Assembly (NCBI GenBank): GCA_002724585.1
Contig: PBPE01000036.1
Span: 30,502-94,501 of the forward strand
Direction: 5' to 3'
Length of the DNA: 64,000 nucleotides
From: Dehalococcoidia bacterium
GTDB taxonomy: Bacteria; Chloroflexota; Dehalococcoidia; Lucifugimonadales; UBA3495
This document shows positions 35,269 through 44,179 of this stretch, one piece after another. Under the pieces are notes generated by a model that was given only the letters and a program-made list of their open reading frames with translations, ran no database searches and was not told the origin of the DNA. How positions within the stretch are numbered: position 1 is the first letter of the stretch; each line of letters starts with the position of its first letter. A program made the translations under genes and the position numbers.

Positions 35269-36995
35269 TATCTGACCGTCGCTTTCTCACTTGCTTGTGC
35301 CATTTCGGATATGTGTTGCACCAGGTGCCTTACCTTGAAGGGCAGACCTGTGTATTGTGTGATTGATTTGGCTTTTACGCCTTCTGATCTGAGTATGGAT
35401 GAGAATTGTCCCTGGTAGTTAAGTTCAGGCACTATTACTAGGTCTTTGGATTGTAATTCCTCCAGTAACTTTGGAGGCAGAGGATTCAGGAACATAGTGT
35501 AGTACCAGCTTATATCAAGGCCTTGGTCTCGTAATTGTGCATAGGCCTCTTGTGATGGCCCTTTAGAGCCTCCCCACGACATAACGGCTATCCTAGACTC
35601 AGTGTTTTCGCTTTCGAAAAAGCCATCTTTGAGAAGATTCAGCTTGCTGAATCTTCTTTCCGTCATTTGTATGTGTCGTTCCGGTAGATGTGTAGTGTCG
35701 CCCATCTCATCGTGTTCACTACCGTTTGCTACGTATGCTCCCGGATTTCCTGGGATAGGCATCGGAGATAACTCAAATCCCTCATATCTATGGTAACCAT
35801 TGGTCCCTTCGTATACTTTTCTATTTTCTATTTTGAAGTCGGCCAAGTCTGGCTTCGTTATGTTTTGGACTCTTTCTGCAATAGCCATTTCAGTCATTAA
35901 AATGACCGGTCCTTGATACCTCTCAGCCCAGTTAAGAGCCCATATCGCTCCCTGAAATGCTTCTTCAACGGTTCCTACAGCTATTACTGGAAGTCGGACA
36001 TCTCCGTGAGCTGGATACATGCAGCTAAATAAGTCAGACTGTTCGGTTTTAGTTGGTAGTCCTGTGGCCGGCCCGCCTCGTTGTACATCTACAACTACCA
36101 GAGGTATTTCTGACATCCATGCTAGGCCCAATCCTTCACTCATTAATGAGAATCCGGGTCCGGCTGTAGCTGTCATAGCCTTTCTACCTGCAAAGCCGCC
36201 CCCAAGAAGCCCCGTGATAGATTCTATTTCTGAACTGACTTGGTACGCGAATTTGCCTGGTCCTACCAGATTTCTTTCCATCCAGATAAGTATCGTAGTA
36301 GCAGGTGATATTGGGTAGCCAATATAGAAATTCAAACCTGCTGCGACAGCACCCAAACATAAGGCGTCATTACCTTTGATCATTAGTTGTTTATTCTCTG
36401 GTTTTTTCGGTGGAGCTAAATCTCCCAGGCTAAGTCCACTTTCGGACGTGTGATTTCGTCCCAATGTCATAGCCTGTTTGTTAGACGCTATGATTTCGTC
36501 GTCATTTGCTCGTCCTCTACTGAATCTACTGTCAACAAAATCATCTAAATATTCTTGAGGCATATTGACCAGATGTGCTAAAGCTCCCATGACGACCATG
36601 TTTGCAGATCGGTTGTTGCCGGTTGAACGTGCAAGTTCGTCAATGGGTAGTCCGAAGCTTTTAGAACCGTCTGTCGGTGAGAAATTCTCAAACTCTTTAT
36701 CGTCAGAGTTATATATAATTACTCCGCCTTCGCGTACTTCGGAAGCATGGGTTTCGTAGGCTTCCCTATTAAATGCGACTAAGACGTCTACATCGTCTCC
36801 TGCGCTTAGGATTGGCTGATCTGAGATCCTAGCCTGCGTCCAAGTAGGGCCTCCCATAATTTGAGATGGAAATGTAGCGTATGTAAGTGCGTGGTATCCT
36901 ACTTGTGTAGACGCCTGTGCTAAGCCTTCAGCTGAAGTGACTACACCTTGACCGCCTTCGCCTGCGAAGCGTACCACGAAATCTCGCATTTGCAT
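35268..36995 (-). CDS. korA: 2-oxoacid:ferredoxin oxidoreductase alpha subunit (fused gamma-alpha)
   Basis: 575 aa. The N-terminal FAGEGGQGVVT gamma-type domain is followed by the alpha domain (GYPISPAT...). Confidence 0.9.
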   Translation of the reverse strand: MQMRDFVVRFAGEGGQGVVTSAEGLAQASTQVGYHALTYATFPSQIMGGPTWTQARISDQPILSAGDDVDVLVAFNREAYETHASEVREGGVIIYNSDDKEFENFSPTDGSKSFGLPIDELARSTGNNRSANMVVMGALAHLVNMPQEYLDDFVDSRFSRGRANDDEIIASNKQAMTLGRNHTSESGLSLGDLAPPKKPENKQLMIKGNDALCLGAVAAGLNFYIGYPISPATTILIWMERNLVGPGKFAYQVSSEIESITGLLGGGFAGRKAMTATAGPGFSLMSEGLGLAWMSEIPLVVVDVQRGGPATGLPTKTEQSDLFSCMYPAHGDVRLPVIAVGTVEEAFQGAIWALNWAERYQGPVILMTEMAIAERVQNITKPDLADFKIENRKVYEGTNGYHRYEGFELSPMPIPGNPGAYVANGSEHDEMGDTTHLPERHIQMTERRFSKLNLLKDGFFESENTESRIAVMSWGGSKGPSQEAYAQLRDQGLDISWYYTMFLNPLPPKLLEELQSKDLVIVPELNYQGQFSSILRSEGVKAKSITQYTGLPFKVRHLVQHISEMAQASEKATVR

Positions 36996-37422
36996 CTAAG
37001 ATCCTCCGAGCCATACGAATGGCCACTTATAACATATGAATTTGATCTATTAGGGAAGGCTGATAATTATTGCTCGACAAGATTGCAATTATTTTGAAAC
37101 ACCTTCATTTAAAGAGTTTCTTTGGTTATCTGGCCAACCATGTTGTACTCTTGTCTGCAACCTTTCAATAATTGATCTGTGTTCAGTATTTATGGGTTCA
37201 ACTATTGCGCGTGATCCGACCTATAGTCTGAGCACTAGACGTGCTGGAAAATATACCATTTTGGCCGAAAGATTGTCAATGAAATTAGTTGCTTATATGT
37301 GACTAATTTTGAGATCATTGGCCTGGCGCTTTGGACGTTCAACTCTAGTATTTGTGTGATATGTAGACTGCCCTCGGTTGATAATTGGACTGTATTGGTG
37401 CAAATTCACGCATGCAGATTCG

Positions 37423-37452
37423 TTGTTAGCTAATTTGACTGTGTGCTAGAAT
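37423..37452 (+). promoter_or_regulatory. Candidate sigma70-type promoter for topA
   Basis: TTGTTA (37423-37428), an 18-nt spacer, then the extended -10 TGcTAGAAT (37444-37452). It lies about 55 nt upstream of the topA ATG. This is a sequence match only. Confidence 0.3.
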
Positions 37453-37506
37453 CGGTCATTATATTGTTGAGTTCTGACATAGCTTAGCGAAGGAATATCT
37501 ATTGAG

Positions 37507-39756
37507 ATGGTATCGAAACCTCGGAAAACATCACAGAGAAAAGCTAGCACAGCTAAAACTGGGACCCGTAAGAAGTCATCTGCCAGGAAAGTATCTATAG
37601 CTGATACAAAGGGCAAACAACTGGTTATAGTGGAATCGCCGGCTAAAGCACGGACAGTTGGCCAAATCCTAGGAAAAAAATATGTTGTCACTGCTTCTCA
37701 GGGTCATGTAAGAGATTTGCCCAAAGGTAAGATGGGAGTTGATCTAGATCAAGATTTTGAGCCGTCTTATGTGACTATGCAAGACAAGAGGTCTCTGCTA
37801 AATCAAATAAAAAAGGCCGGCGATCAAGCGAAAACAGTATTCTTAGCGACTGACCCAGATAGAGAAGGAGAGGCGATCTCTTGGCATATACAAACGGCCG
37901 CGGGGTGGGACAATCAGAAAAATCCACCTAAACGTGTAGTTTTTCATGAAATCACTAAGCAAGCCGTTGAGGAAGCCTTTGAACACCCTCGGGATATAGA
38001 TATGAGTTTGGTAAATGCCCAGCAAGCCAGACGGATATTGGATCGGTTGGTTGGTTACCAAATAAGTCCGCTCCTCTGGAGACGTGTTCAACGAGGGACG
38101 TCAGCTGGGCGGGTTCAGTCTGTTGCACTCCGAATGGTCACCGATAGGGAAAGGGAGATCAATGCTTTCGTACCACAGGAATCATGGACTTTGGATGCAC
38201 TTCTGACAAAAGCCGATTCTCAAGATAGTGAACTCCGTAGTTTCGTTGCTACTTTGCATAGTATAAAGGGGACTAATAAGAGAGTTAATGCAGGTACTGA
38301 AACGGATATAAGGGCCTATGAATCAGAACTTAAAGATGCAAAATTTGCGGTGGATGATGTGCGGAGGCGTAACGTCAAGCAGAGACCATCAGCTCCGTTT
38401 ACCACTAGCACCATGCAACAGGATTCCGGGCGCAAACTTCGCTTTACCGCTCAAAGAACAATGTCGGTGGCTCAACAGTTGTATGAAGGCATATCCGTCA
38501 ATGGGGAAGGATCTGTTGGACTTATAACTTATATGCGTACTGATTCTGTACAGGTAGCAAGTAGCGCGATCTCTGAAGCTCGTGAATATATTGAAGAAAA
38601 GTATGGTAAAAGCTTTTTGCCCGAAAAGACTCGTTTGTATAAAACACGTGCTAAATCAGCCCAGGAAGCACATGAGGCGATTAGGCCGACTTCTATAAAG
38701 AGGACGCCTGATTCTTTGAAGACAGCTCTTACGGCAGATCAGTATAAATTATACTCACTAATATGGTCACGTATGTTGGCAAGTCAGATGGCAGATGCCC
38801 AGTCGGAAGCTACGACTGTTAATATCGGTGCTAAATGTGTGAGCACTAGTAATGAATATGTATTTCGTGCTACCGGTTCTGTATTGCGATTCGCGGGATT
38901 CAGGGCGCTGTATATGGAGTCATCAGATGATGACGATAGCGGTGATGATAAGAAAACATTACCACCTATGGACCCTAACGACGATTTGGTATGTTCTTCT
39001 TTGGAATGCCTGCAGCACTTTACCCAGCCTCCTCCCAGATTTACTGAAGCCACTCTGATACGAGCTATGGAAGACAATGGGTTGGGTCGACCGAGCACCT
39101 ATGCCCCAACTATTGGTACTCTATTGGATCGCAATTATTTAGATAAAGAACAAAATCGCCTCCACCCGACGACTTTGGGAATTACAATCACGGATTTGCT
39201 TACAGAATATTTTACTAATGTTATGGATGTAACCTTCACTGCAAAGATGGAAGATGAACTAGATGAAGTGTCAAGAGGGGAACGTGAATGGGTGCCAATG
39301 CTAAAAGAATTTTATGGCCCATTTGAACAGGCACTTACGTCGGCTCAAGAAAAAATGCCTAAGGTCAAAATTGAAGAAGAAACTGATGAAGTGTGTGACT
39401 CGTGTTCAAAGCCAATGGTCATAAAAACAGGCCGCTTCGGTCGTTTCATGGCTTGCACTGGATTCCCAGATTGTAGAACGACGAAGCCCATTTTGAAGAA
39501 AGTAGGAGTTTTATGCCCCGAGTGCAGTGGAGATCTTGTGGAACGTAAGGCACGAGGGCGTAGGCAACCTTTCTTTGGATGCGCTCGCTATCCCGAATGT
39601 GAATTTATAAGTAATAAACGCCCTATCGCGAAACCATGTCCTGAATGTTCTGGTTTAATGGTCCAGGAATCTCGCTCGGCAGTGTCTTGTATGAAATGTG
39701 CCTGGAAAGAGACCATTGTAGAGGATAGTCAAGAGTTAACTGCTGTAGGTGATTGA
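37507..39756 (+). CDS. topA: DNA topoisomerase I with an N-terminal basic tail and three C-terminal C4 zinc ribbons
   Basis: 749 aa. It has the Toprim start LVIVESPAKA, a catalytic region (GLITYMRTDS) and three CxxC...CxxC/CxxxxC fingers. Confidence 0.97.
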   Translation: MVSKPRKTSQRKASTAKTGTRKKSSARKVSIADTKGKQLVIVESPAKARTVGQILGKKYVVTASQGHVRDLPKGKMGVDLDQDFEPSYVTMQDKRSLLNQIKKAGDQAKTVFLATDPDREGEAISWHIQTAAGWDNQKNPPKRVVFHEITKQAVEEAFEHPRDIDMSLVNAQQARRILDRLVGYQISPLLWRRVQRGTSAGRVQSVALRMVTDREREINAFVPQESWTLDALLTKADSQDSELRSFVATLHSIKGTNKRVNAGTETDIRAYESELKDAKFAVDDVRRRNVKQRPSAPFTTSTMQQDSGRKLRFTAQRTMSVAQQLYEGISVNGEGSVGLITYMRTDSVQVASSAISEAREYIEEKYGKSFLPEKTRLYKTRAKSAQEAHEAIRPTSIKRTPDSLKTALTADQYKLYSLIWSRMLASQMADAQSEATTVNIGAKCVSTSNEYVFRATGSVLRFAGFRALYMESSDDDDSGDDKKTLPPMDPNDDLVCSSLECLQHFTQPPPRFTEATLIRAMEDNGLGRPSTYAPTIGTLLDRNYLDKEQNRLHPTTLGITITDLLTEYFTNVMDVTFTAKMEDELDEVSRGEREWVPMLKEFYGPFEQALTSAQEKMPKVKIEEETDEVCDSCSKPMVIKTGRFGRFMACTGFPDCRTTKPILKKVGVLCPECSGDLVERKARGRRQPFFGCARYPECEFISNKRPIAKPCPECSGLMVQESRSAVSCMKCAWKETIVEDSQELTAVGD

Positions 39757-39785
39757 CCTAATTGCACTAACGAAGGTTTGTTATT

Positions 39786-40739
39786 ATGATCGATTGCGGC
39801 GCTATCGATTCCACGCAATTGGAAACCAGTGAAGTTAAGCTGTATCAGTTGTATCAGTCGTATTTAAGAGGACAACGAGGGTTGTCGGAGAATACCATTC
39901 GAATCTATCTGACGGATTTGAATAGCTTTGTGATATACGCAAGCGAAAAAGGGATATCATTCCCAAAAATGGATCGGAGTATCCTACGTGGATATGTTAC
40001 ATGGCTAGCTACTCAAACTAGAAATGGCCAGGGCTATTCTCGTGTCAGTATCTCAAGAAAGCTGTCCGCACTACGAGCATTCTACCGATTTTTAGTTCAA
40101 CAAGGACTTTTTAAGGCCAATCCAATGCCGAGTGGCCGGAGCTTTCGGATAAAAATGGAAAAAGCACTTCCTTCGTTTTTAAGCCATTCGGAAGTTGCAA
40201 GGCTTATTGATAGCCCAGAACTTTCGGATGTGTATGGTTATCGTGACCGGGCTATATTAGAGGTGTTATACGCCTGCGGAGCAAGATTGTCCGAGGTGGC
40301 TGGTATAGATCAGGCAGATGTCAAACTAAATGACCGAGAGATTCTCGTTAAAGGGAAGGGAGCCAAAGAAAGATGGGTTATATTTGGGGAACCTACAGAA
40401 CAAGCATTGTCCGAGTACTTGCATTGGTCCCGACCACTACTAAACCATGGGGATAGTTCTGCACTCTTTCTTAATCGATATGGTAAACGATTGTCCCAAC
40501 GTAGTATACAAAAACTAGTTGAGAAATATGCAACAAAATCTGGTATAAAGAGTGGAGTCCATCCTCATACCTTGAGACATACATTCGCAAGTCATATGCT
40601 TGAGGGAAACGCTGATCTAAGAGTAATCCAGTTATTACTTGGGCATTCGAGCCCTAGTACTACGCAAGTTTACACTCATATAACTAAGCAAGAAGCTAAG
40701 AATGCTTATTTAGCTAACCATCCTAGATCCAGTGAATGA
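39786..40739 (+). CDS. xerC: Tyrosine recombinase XerC/XerD family
   Basis: 317 aa with the catalytic motifs ARLSE (Arg), HTLRHTFASH (HxxR) and LLGHSSPSTTQVYTH (His, Tyr). The conserved topA-xerC synteny is present. Confidence 0.9.
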   Translation: MIDCGAIDSTQLETSEVKLYQLYQSYLRGQRGLSENTIRIYLTDLNSFVIYASEKGISFPKMDRSILRGYVTWLATQTRNGQGYSRVSISRKLSALRAFYRFLVQQGLFKANPMPSGRSFRIKMEKALPSFLSHSEVARLIDSPELSDVYGYRDRAILEVLYACGARLSEVAGIDQADVKLNDREILVKGKGAKERWVIFGEPTEQALSEYLHWSRPLLNHGDSSALFLNRYGKRLSQRSIQKLVEKYATKSGIKSGVHPHTLRHTFASHMLEGNADLRVIQLLLGHSSPSTTQVYTHITKQEAKNAYLANHPRSSE

Positions 40740-40769
40740 AATTAGATTTATTAGGGACAATGAAATATT

Positions 40770-41210
40770 ATGAGTAAGATATTGTTTTTAAACGGCCCGA
40801 ACCTTAACTTGCTTGGAAAGCGTAACCCGGAAGTTTATGGATCTAAGACCATGGACGATATTAATTTATTGGTAGAAGAGAAAGCAAATAGTCTCGATGT
40901 TGAAGTTTTGTTTTATCAATCGAACGCAGAAGGTGACTTGATTGATTTCATTCAAAATCAAAGAGGATCTATTGACGGTATAATAATAAATCCAGGGGCG
41001 CTGACTCATTATGGGTATTCACTAAAAGACGCGCTATTAGATGCAGCGATACCGGTAATAGAAATTCACTTGAGTAATATTCACGGCCGGGAAGAATGGA
41101 GACGGTCCATAATCTCAGACAGTGTAACTGGTCAAATCGCGGGATTTGGATGGAGAAGCTACACATGTGCGTTAGAAGTTATGGTCGGATTGGTTGGGGA
41201 TAACAGGTAG
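40770..41210 (+). CDS. aroQ: Type II 3-dehydroquinate dehydratase
   Basis: 146 aa with ILFLNGPNLNLLGKRNPEVYG and IINPGALTHYS-type motifs. Confidence 0.93.
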   Translation: MSKILFLNGPNLNLLGKRNPEVYGSKTMDDINLLVEEKANSLDVEVLFYQSNAEGDLIDFIQNQRGSIDGIIINPGALTHYGYSLKDALLDAAIPVIEIHLSNIHGREEWRRSIISDSVTGQIAGFGWRSYTCALEVMVGLVGDNR

Positions 41211-41255
41211 GCTAGGTTATATAGGCAGCTAATTTGGATCAGGGAGAATGATGTT

Positions 41256-41822
41256 ATGAGTATAAATTTTGGTGACCTAAATAAAGGTATGGTCATAGAA
41301 CTTGACGGGCAACCATGGCAAGTTATGGATTATGAGCGCCATAAAATGCAGCAGCGAGCACCTGTAACTCGAATAAAGATGAAAAATTTGTTATCGGGAG
41401 CGGTCGTAGAGCGCACGTTTCAGAGATATGATACAGGTTTTGAAATAGCTGAAGTGGACAATAGATCAGCTCAATACTTATATAATGACACCACATTTTA
41501 TTATTTTCTGGATCAAGAAACTTTCGATCAATACGATCTAACTAAAGAACAAGTCGGAGACTCCTTGGACTATTTAAAAGAAAATATGATAGTTGAACTG
41601 ATTTTCTATAAACAGAATCCCATAAATATAAATGTTCCAACTCATGTTGAGTTGGAAGTAGTGGAAACACCTCCTGCATTTAAAGGTGATACGGCTCAAG
41701 GAGGCAATAAACCTGCTACTCTCGAGACCGGACTGCGTTTAAATGTTCCGATGTTTATTACCCCGGGAACTATTATAAAAGTTGACACCCGTAATGGTGA
41801 ATATGCTGAACGAGTAAAGTGA
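41256..41822 (+). CDS. efp: Translation elongation factor P
   Basis: 188 aa. The C-terminal GDTAQGGNKPATLETGLRLNVPMFI...VDTRNGEYAERV is canonical. The N-terminal loop is non-canonical (see findings). Confidence 0.97.
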   Translation: MSINFGDLNKGMVIELDGQPWQVMDYERHKMQQRAPVTRIKMKNLLSGAVVERTFQRYDTGFEIAEVDNRSAQYLYNDTTFYYFLDQETFDQYDLTKEQVGDSLDYLKENMIVELIFYKQNPININVPTHVELEVVETPPAFKGDTAQGGNKPATLETGLRLNVPMFITPGTIIKVDTRNGEYAERVK

Positions 41823-41826
41823 AGAC

Positions 41827-43005
41827 TTGGTGTTCTACACTGTAAATCAGGTTGCTACTTATCTACGGGAATCATTTGAATCAGACATATTGTTATCGGA
41901 TTTGTATGTGTCAGGAGAGATATCCAATCTGAGAAGATCGGCTTCTGGCCACGCGTATTTTACACTCAAAGATGACACAGCGTTATTGAATTGTGTGATG
42001 TTTAGAGGCCAACAGGGATCCGATGTTCTTGAAGACGGTGTATCTGTATCAACCCATGGAAGAATTAGTTTTTATGAACCTCGAGGCAGTACGGATTTCA
42101 TAGTAGATCTAGTCATGGCGGAAGGTGCTGGTGCACTGTCTTTGGAATTTGATAGATTGCGATCTCAACTTGAACTTGAAGGCTTGTTTGACGAATCCCG
42201 GAAACGTTCTTTGCCCCCCTTCCCTAAAGTGATAGGGGTTGTCACATCGTCATCGGGCGCTGTATTACACGATATTACGACTGTTGTTACAAGGCGATAC
42301 CCTCTGGCCAATATTTTGGTATCCCCGACATTAGTTCAGGGGGATGCAGCCCCAGAGAATATCGTGCAAGCTCTTAATGATTTAAATGTAGATGGGAGAT
42401 CTGATGTTATAGTCATTGCCAGAGGTGGTGGTTCTCTAGAGGAACTCTGGGCGTTTAATGATGAAATGGTCGCACGAAGTATATATGGGAGTAAGATACC
42501 TGTCGTAAGTGCTATTGGTCATGAAACAGATTTTACTATCTCGGATTATGTTGCCGATCTTAGAGCTCCAACGCCTTCAGCGGCGGCAGAGATGATAGTT
42601 CCAGATATTATTGACTTGAAAAAGAATGTGTTAGAACTCTGGAGTCATATCAATAATATAATGGAATCGCATTTTGAAGGCTATCAAACTGGCATTGAGA
42701 TTATTAATAGAGATTTAATTCGCGGATTACCGGATCTAGAATTCTTTAGGCGCGCAATAGATGATCTGAATAGGGAAAGCGATAATTCTTTTCAACATAT
42801 AATTAACATGCTTAGTGTGCTGATAGACAGTGTCGATAAACAACTCGCTACTCTTAATCCTAAGGCAACACTAGATAGAGGATTTGTAGTGGTTCAAAAT
42901 CAACAGGATAGCGTTGTCCACTCTTCCATGAGTATTCAGAAAGGTGAAATATATTCACTTATTTTTGCTGATGGTTCTGCCCGTGTCCAATCTGCAGGGA
43001 AGTAG
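41827..43005 (+). CDS. xseA: Exodeoxyribonuclease VII large subunit
   Basis: 392 aa with an OB-fold N-terminus (GEISNLRRSASGHAYFTLKD) and IGVVTSSSGAVLHDI. Confidence 0.9.
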   Translation: MVFYTVNQVATYLRESFESDILLSDLYVSGEISNLRRSASGHAYFTLKDDTALLNCVMFRGQQGSDVLEDGVSVSTHGRISFYEPRGSTDFIVDLVMAEGAGALSLEFDRLRSQLELEGLFDESRKRSLPPFPKVIGVVTSSSGAVLHDITTVVTRRYPLANILVSPTLVQGDAAPENIVQALNDLNVDGRSDVIVIARGGGSLEELWAFNDEMVARSIYGSKIPVVSAIGHETDFTISDYVADLRAPTPSAAAEMIVPDIIDLKKNVLELWSHINNIMESHFEGYQTGIEIINRDLIRGLPDLEFFRRAIDDLNRESDNSFQHIINMLSVLIDSVDKQLATLNPKATLDRGFVVVQNQQDSVVHSSMSIQKGEIYSLIFADGSARVQSAGK

Positions 43006-43065
43006 TCATGTATGTATATACTGGATTTGTTAATGCACGAAATAGAAAATGCTTCAGGTGGTTAG

Positions 43066-43302
43066 ATGATGCTCGAAAAGTCTTTTGATGAAATACAGAA
43101 TACTATCACTGATTTGGGTTTTGAAGAAGCATATAAGCTTCTGGGTGAAGTAGTTGCATCTTTAGAAGAAGGCGGATTGACGCTACAGGGATCGGTGGAC
43201 TTGTACAAAAAAGGTATGGTGTTGACAAAGCATTGTAATGATCTTCTCAATAAAGTACAAATAGATATTGCAAACATAAAAGATCAATTTGACGCGAGTT
43301 GA
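43066..43302 (+). CDS. xseB: Exodeoxyribonuclease VII small subunit
   Basis: 78 aa with the helical-hairpin pattern FEEAYKLLGEVVASLEEGGLTLQGSVDLYKKG. It lies directly after xseA. Confidence 0.85.
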   Translation: MMLEKSFDEIQNTITDLGFEEAYKLLGEVVASLEEGGLTLQGSVDLYKKGMVLTKHCNDLLNKVQIDIANIKDQFDAS

Positions 43303-43352
43303 TACAACATAGTGAGTCATTGTCATTAAGTAATTGAGTAGATCGACTTTTA

Positions 43353-44174
43353 GTGAGGCCTGGGAAAGATTTGATAAATATCGGTTGGTTTTCAAGTGGA
43401 AGAGGTGAGGGTTCGAGGGGGTTATTAAGTTTTATACAGGCCCGTATAGATGATGGACTTCTAGATGCAAACATTCAATTTGTATTCAGTAATCGGATCA
43501 AAGGGGAGTTTGAGGGTTCAGACGAATTTCTTGATTTAACTAACCGCTTGGGGATTCCGTTATTTGCCTTATCGTCTGATATTTATCGTCAGAATTATAA
43601 AGGTGGTCGTAACTCCCGTAGAGATGATTATGATAAAGAAGTGCTGCAACTTTTATCTGGTCAAATGCCAGATATATGTGTGCTTGCCGGATATATGTTG
43701 ATATTGAGTGAAGGGATGTGCACTAAGTTCCCTTTTATAAACCTACATCCGGCATTACCTGAAGGTCCAATAGGTACTTGGCAGCAGGTCATATGGGACC
43801 TTATAGATAAGGGATCTGAAAAAACTGGTGCCATGACGCACTTGGCAACACCTCAAGTTGACAGAGGTCCAGTCCTTTCTTATTGCACCAATAGCATCAT
43901 AGGCTCACCATTTGACCAAGCTTGGGCAGAAATATCCGGTAGAGATGTGGATTGCATAAGAAACGATCCGGGGGAAAACTTGCTGCTTTTTCAGCTCATA
44001 AGGCAATCAGGTTACGCTCAAGAACCGTACCTAATCTACGAGACTTTGAACGCGATTTCTGATGGGCGTATTAATGTTAATGATGGTTCAATGTCAGATA
44101 ATTATTCTAATTGTTTGCCATTATGTTTAGACAAAGAAATTGCCTTGTCAATGAGTAAAGATGGCCTAATTTAG
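43353..44174 (+). CDS. Formyltransferase-fold protein (PurN-like, atypical and extended)
   Basis: 273 aa with GWFSSGRGEGS..., LAGYMLIL, FINLHPALP (Asn-x-His) and a downstream QVDRGPV (Asp). It is longer than canonical PurN. Confidence 0.65.
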   Translation: MRPGKDLINIGWFSSGRGEGSRGLLSFIQARIDDGLLDANIQFVFSNRIKGEFEGSDEFLDLTNRLGIPLFALSSDIYRQNYKGGRNSRRDDYDKEVLQLLSGQMPDICVLAGYMLILSEGMCTKFPFINLHPALPEGPIGTWQQVIWDLIDKGSEKTGAMTHLATPQVDRGPVLSYCTNSIIGSPFDQAWAEISGRDVDCIRNDPGENLLLFQLIRQSGYAQEPYLIYETLNAISDGRINVNDGSMSDNYSNCLPLCLDKEIALSMSKDGLI

Positions 44175-44179
44175 GTTTA

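Noticed and set aside
39786-40739. The tyrosine recombinase as a marker of a prophage, integron or genomic island.
   Set aside because: It has the XerC/XerD size and motif set. It sits in the conserved topA-xerC housekeeping context, with no adjacent tRNA, direct repeats, phage genes or attC-like sites.
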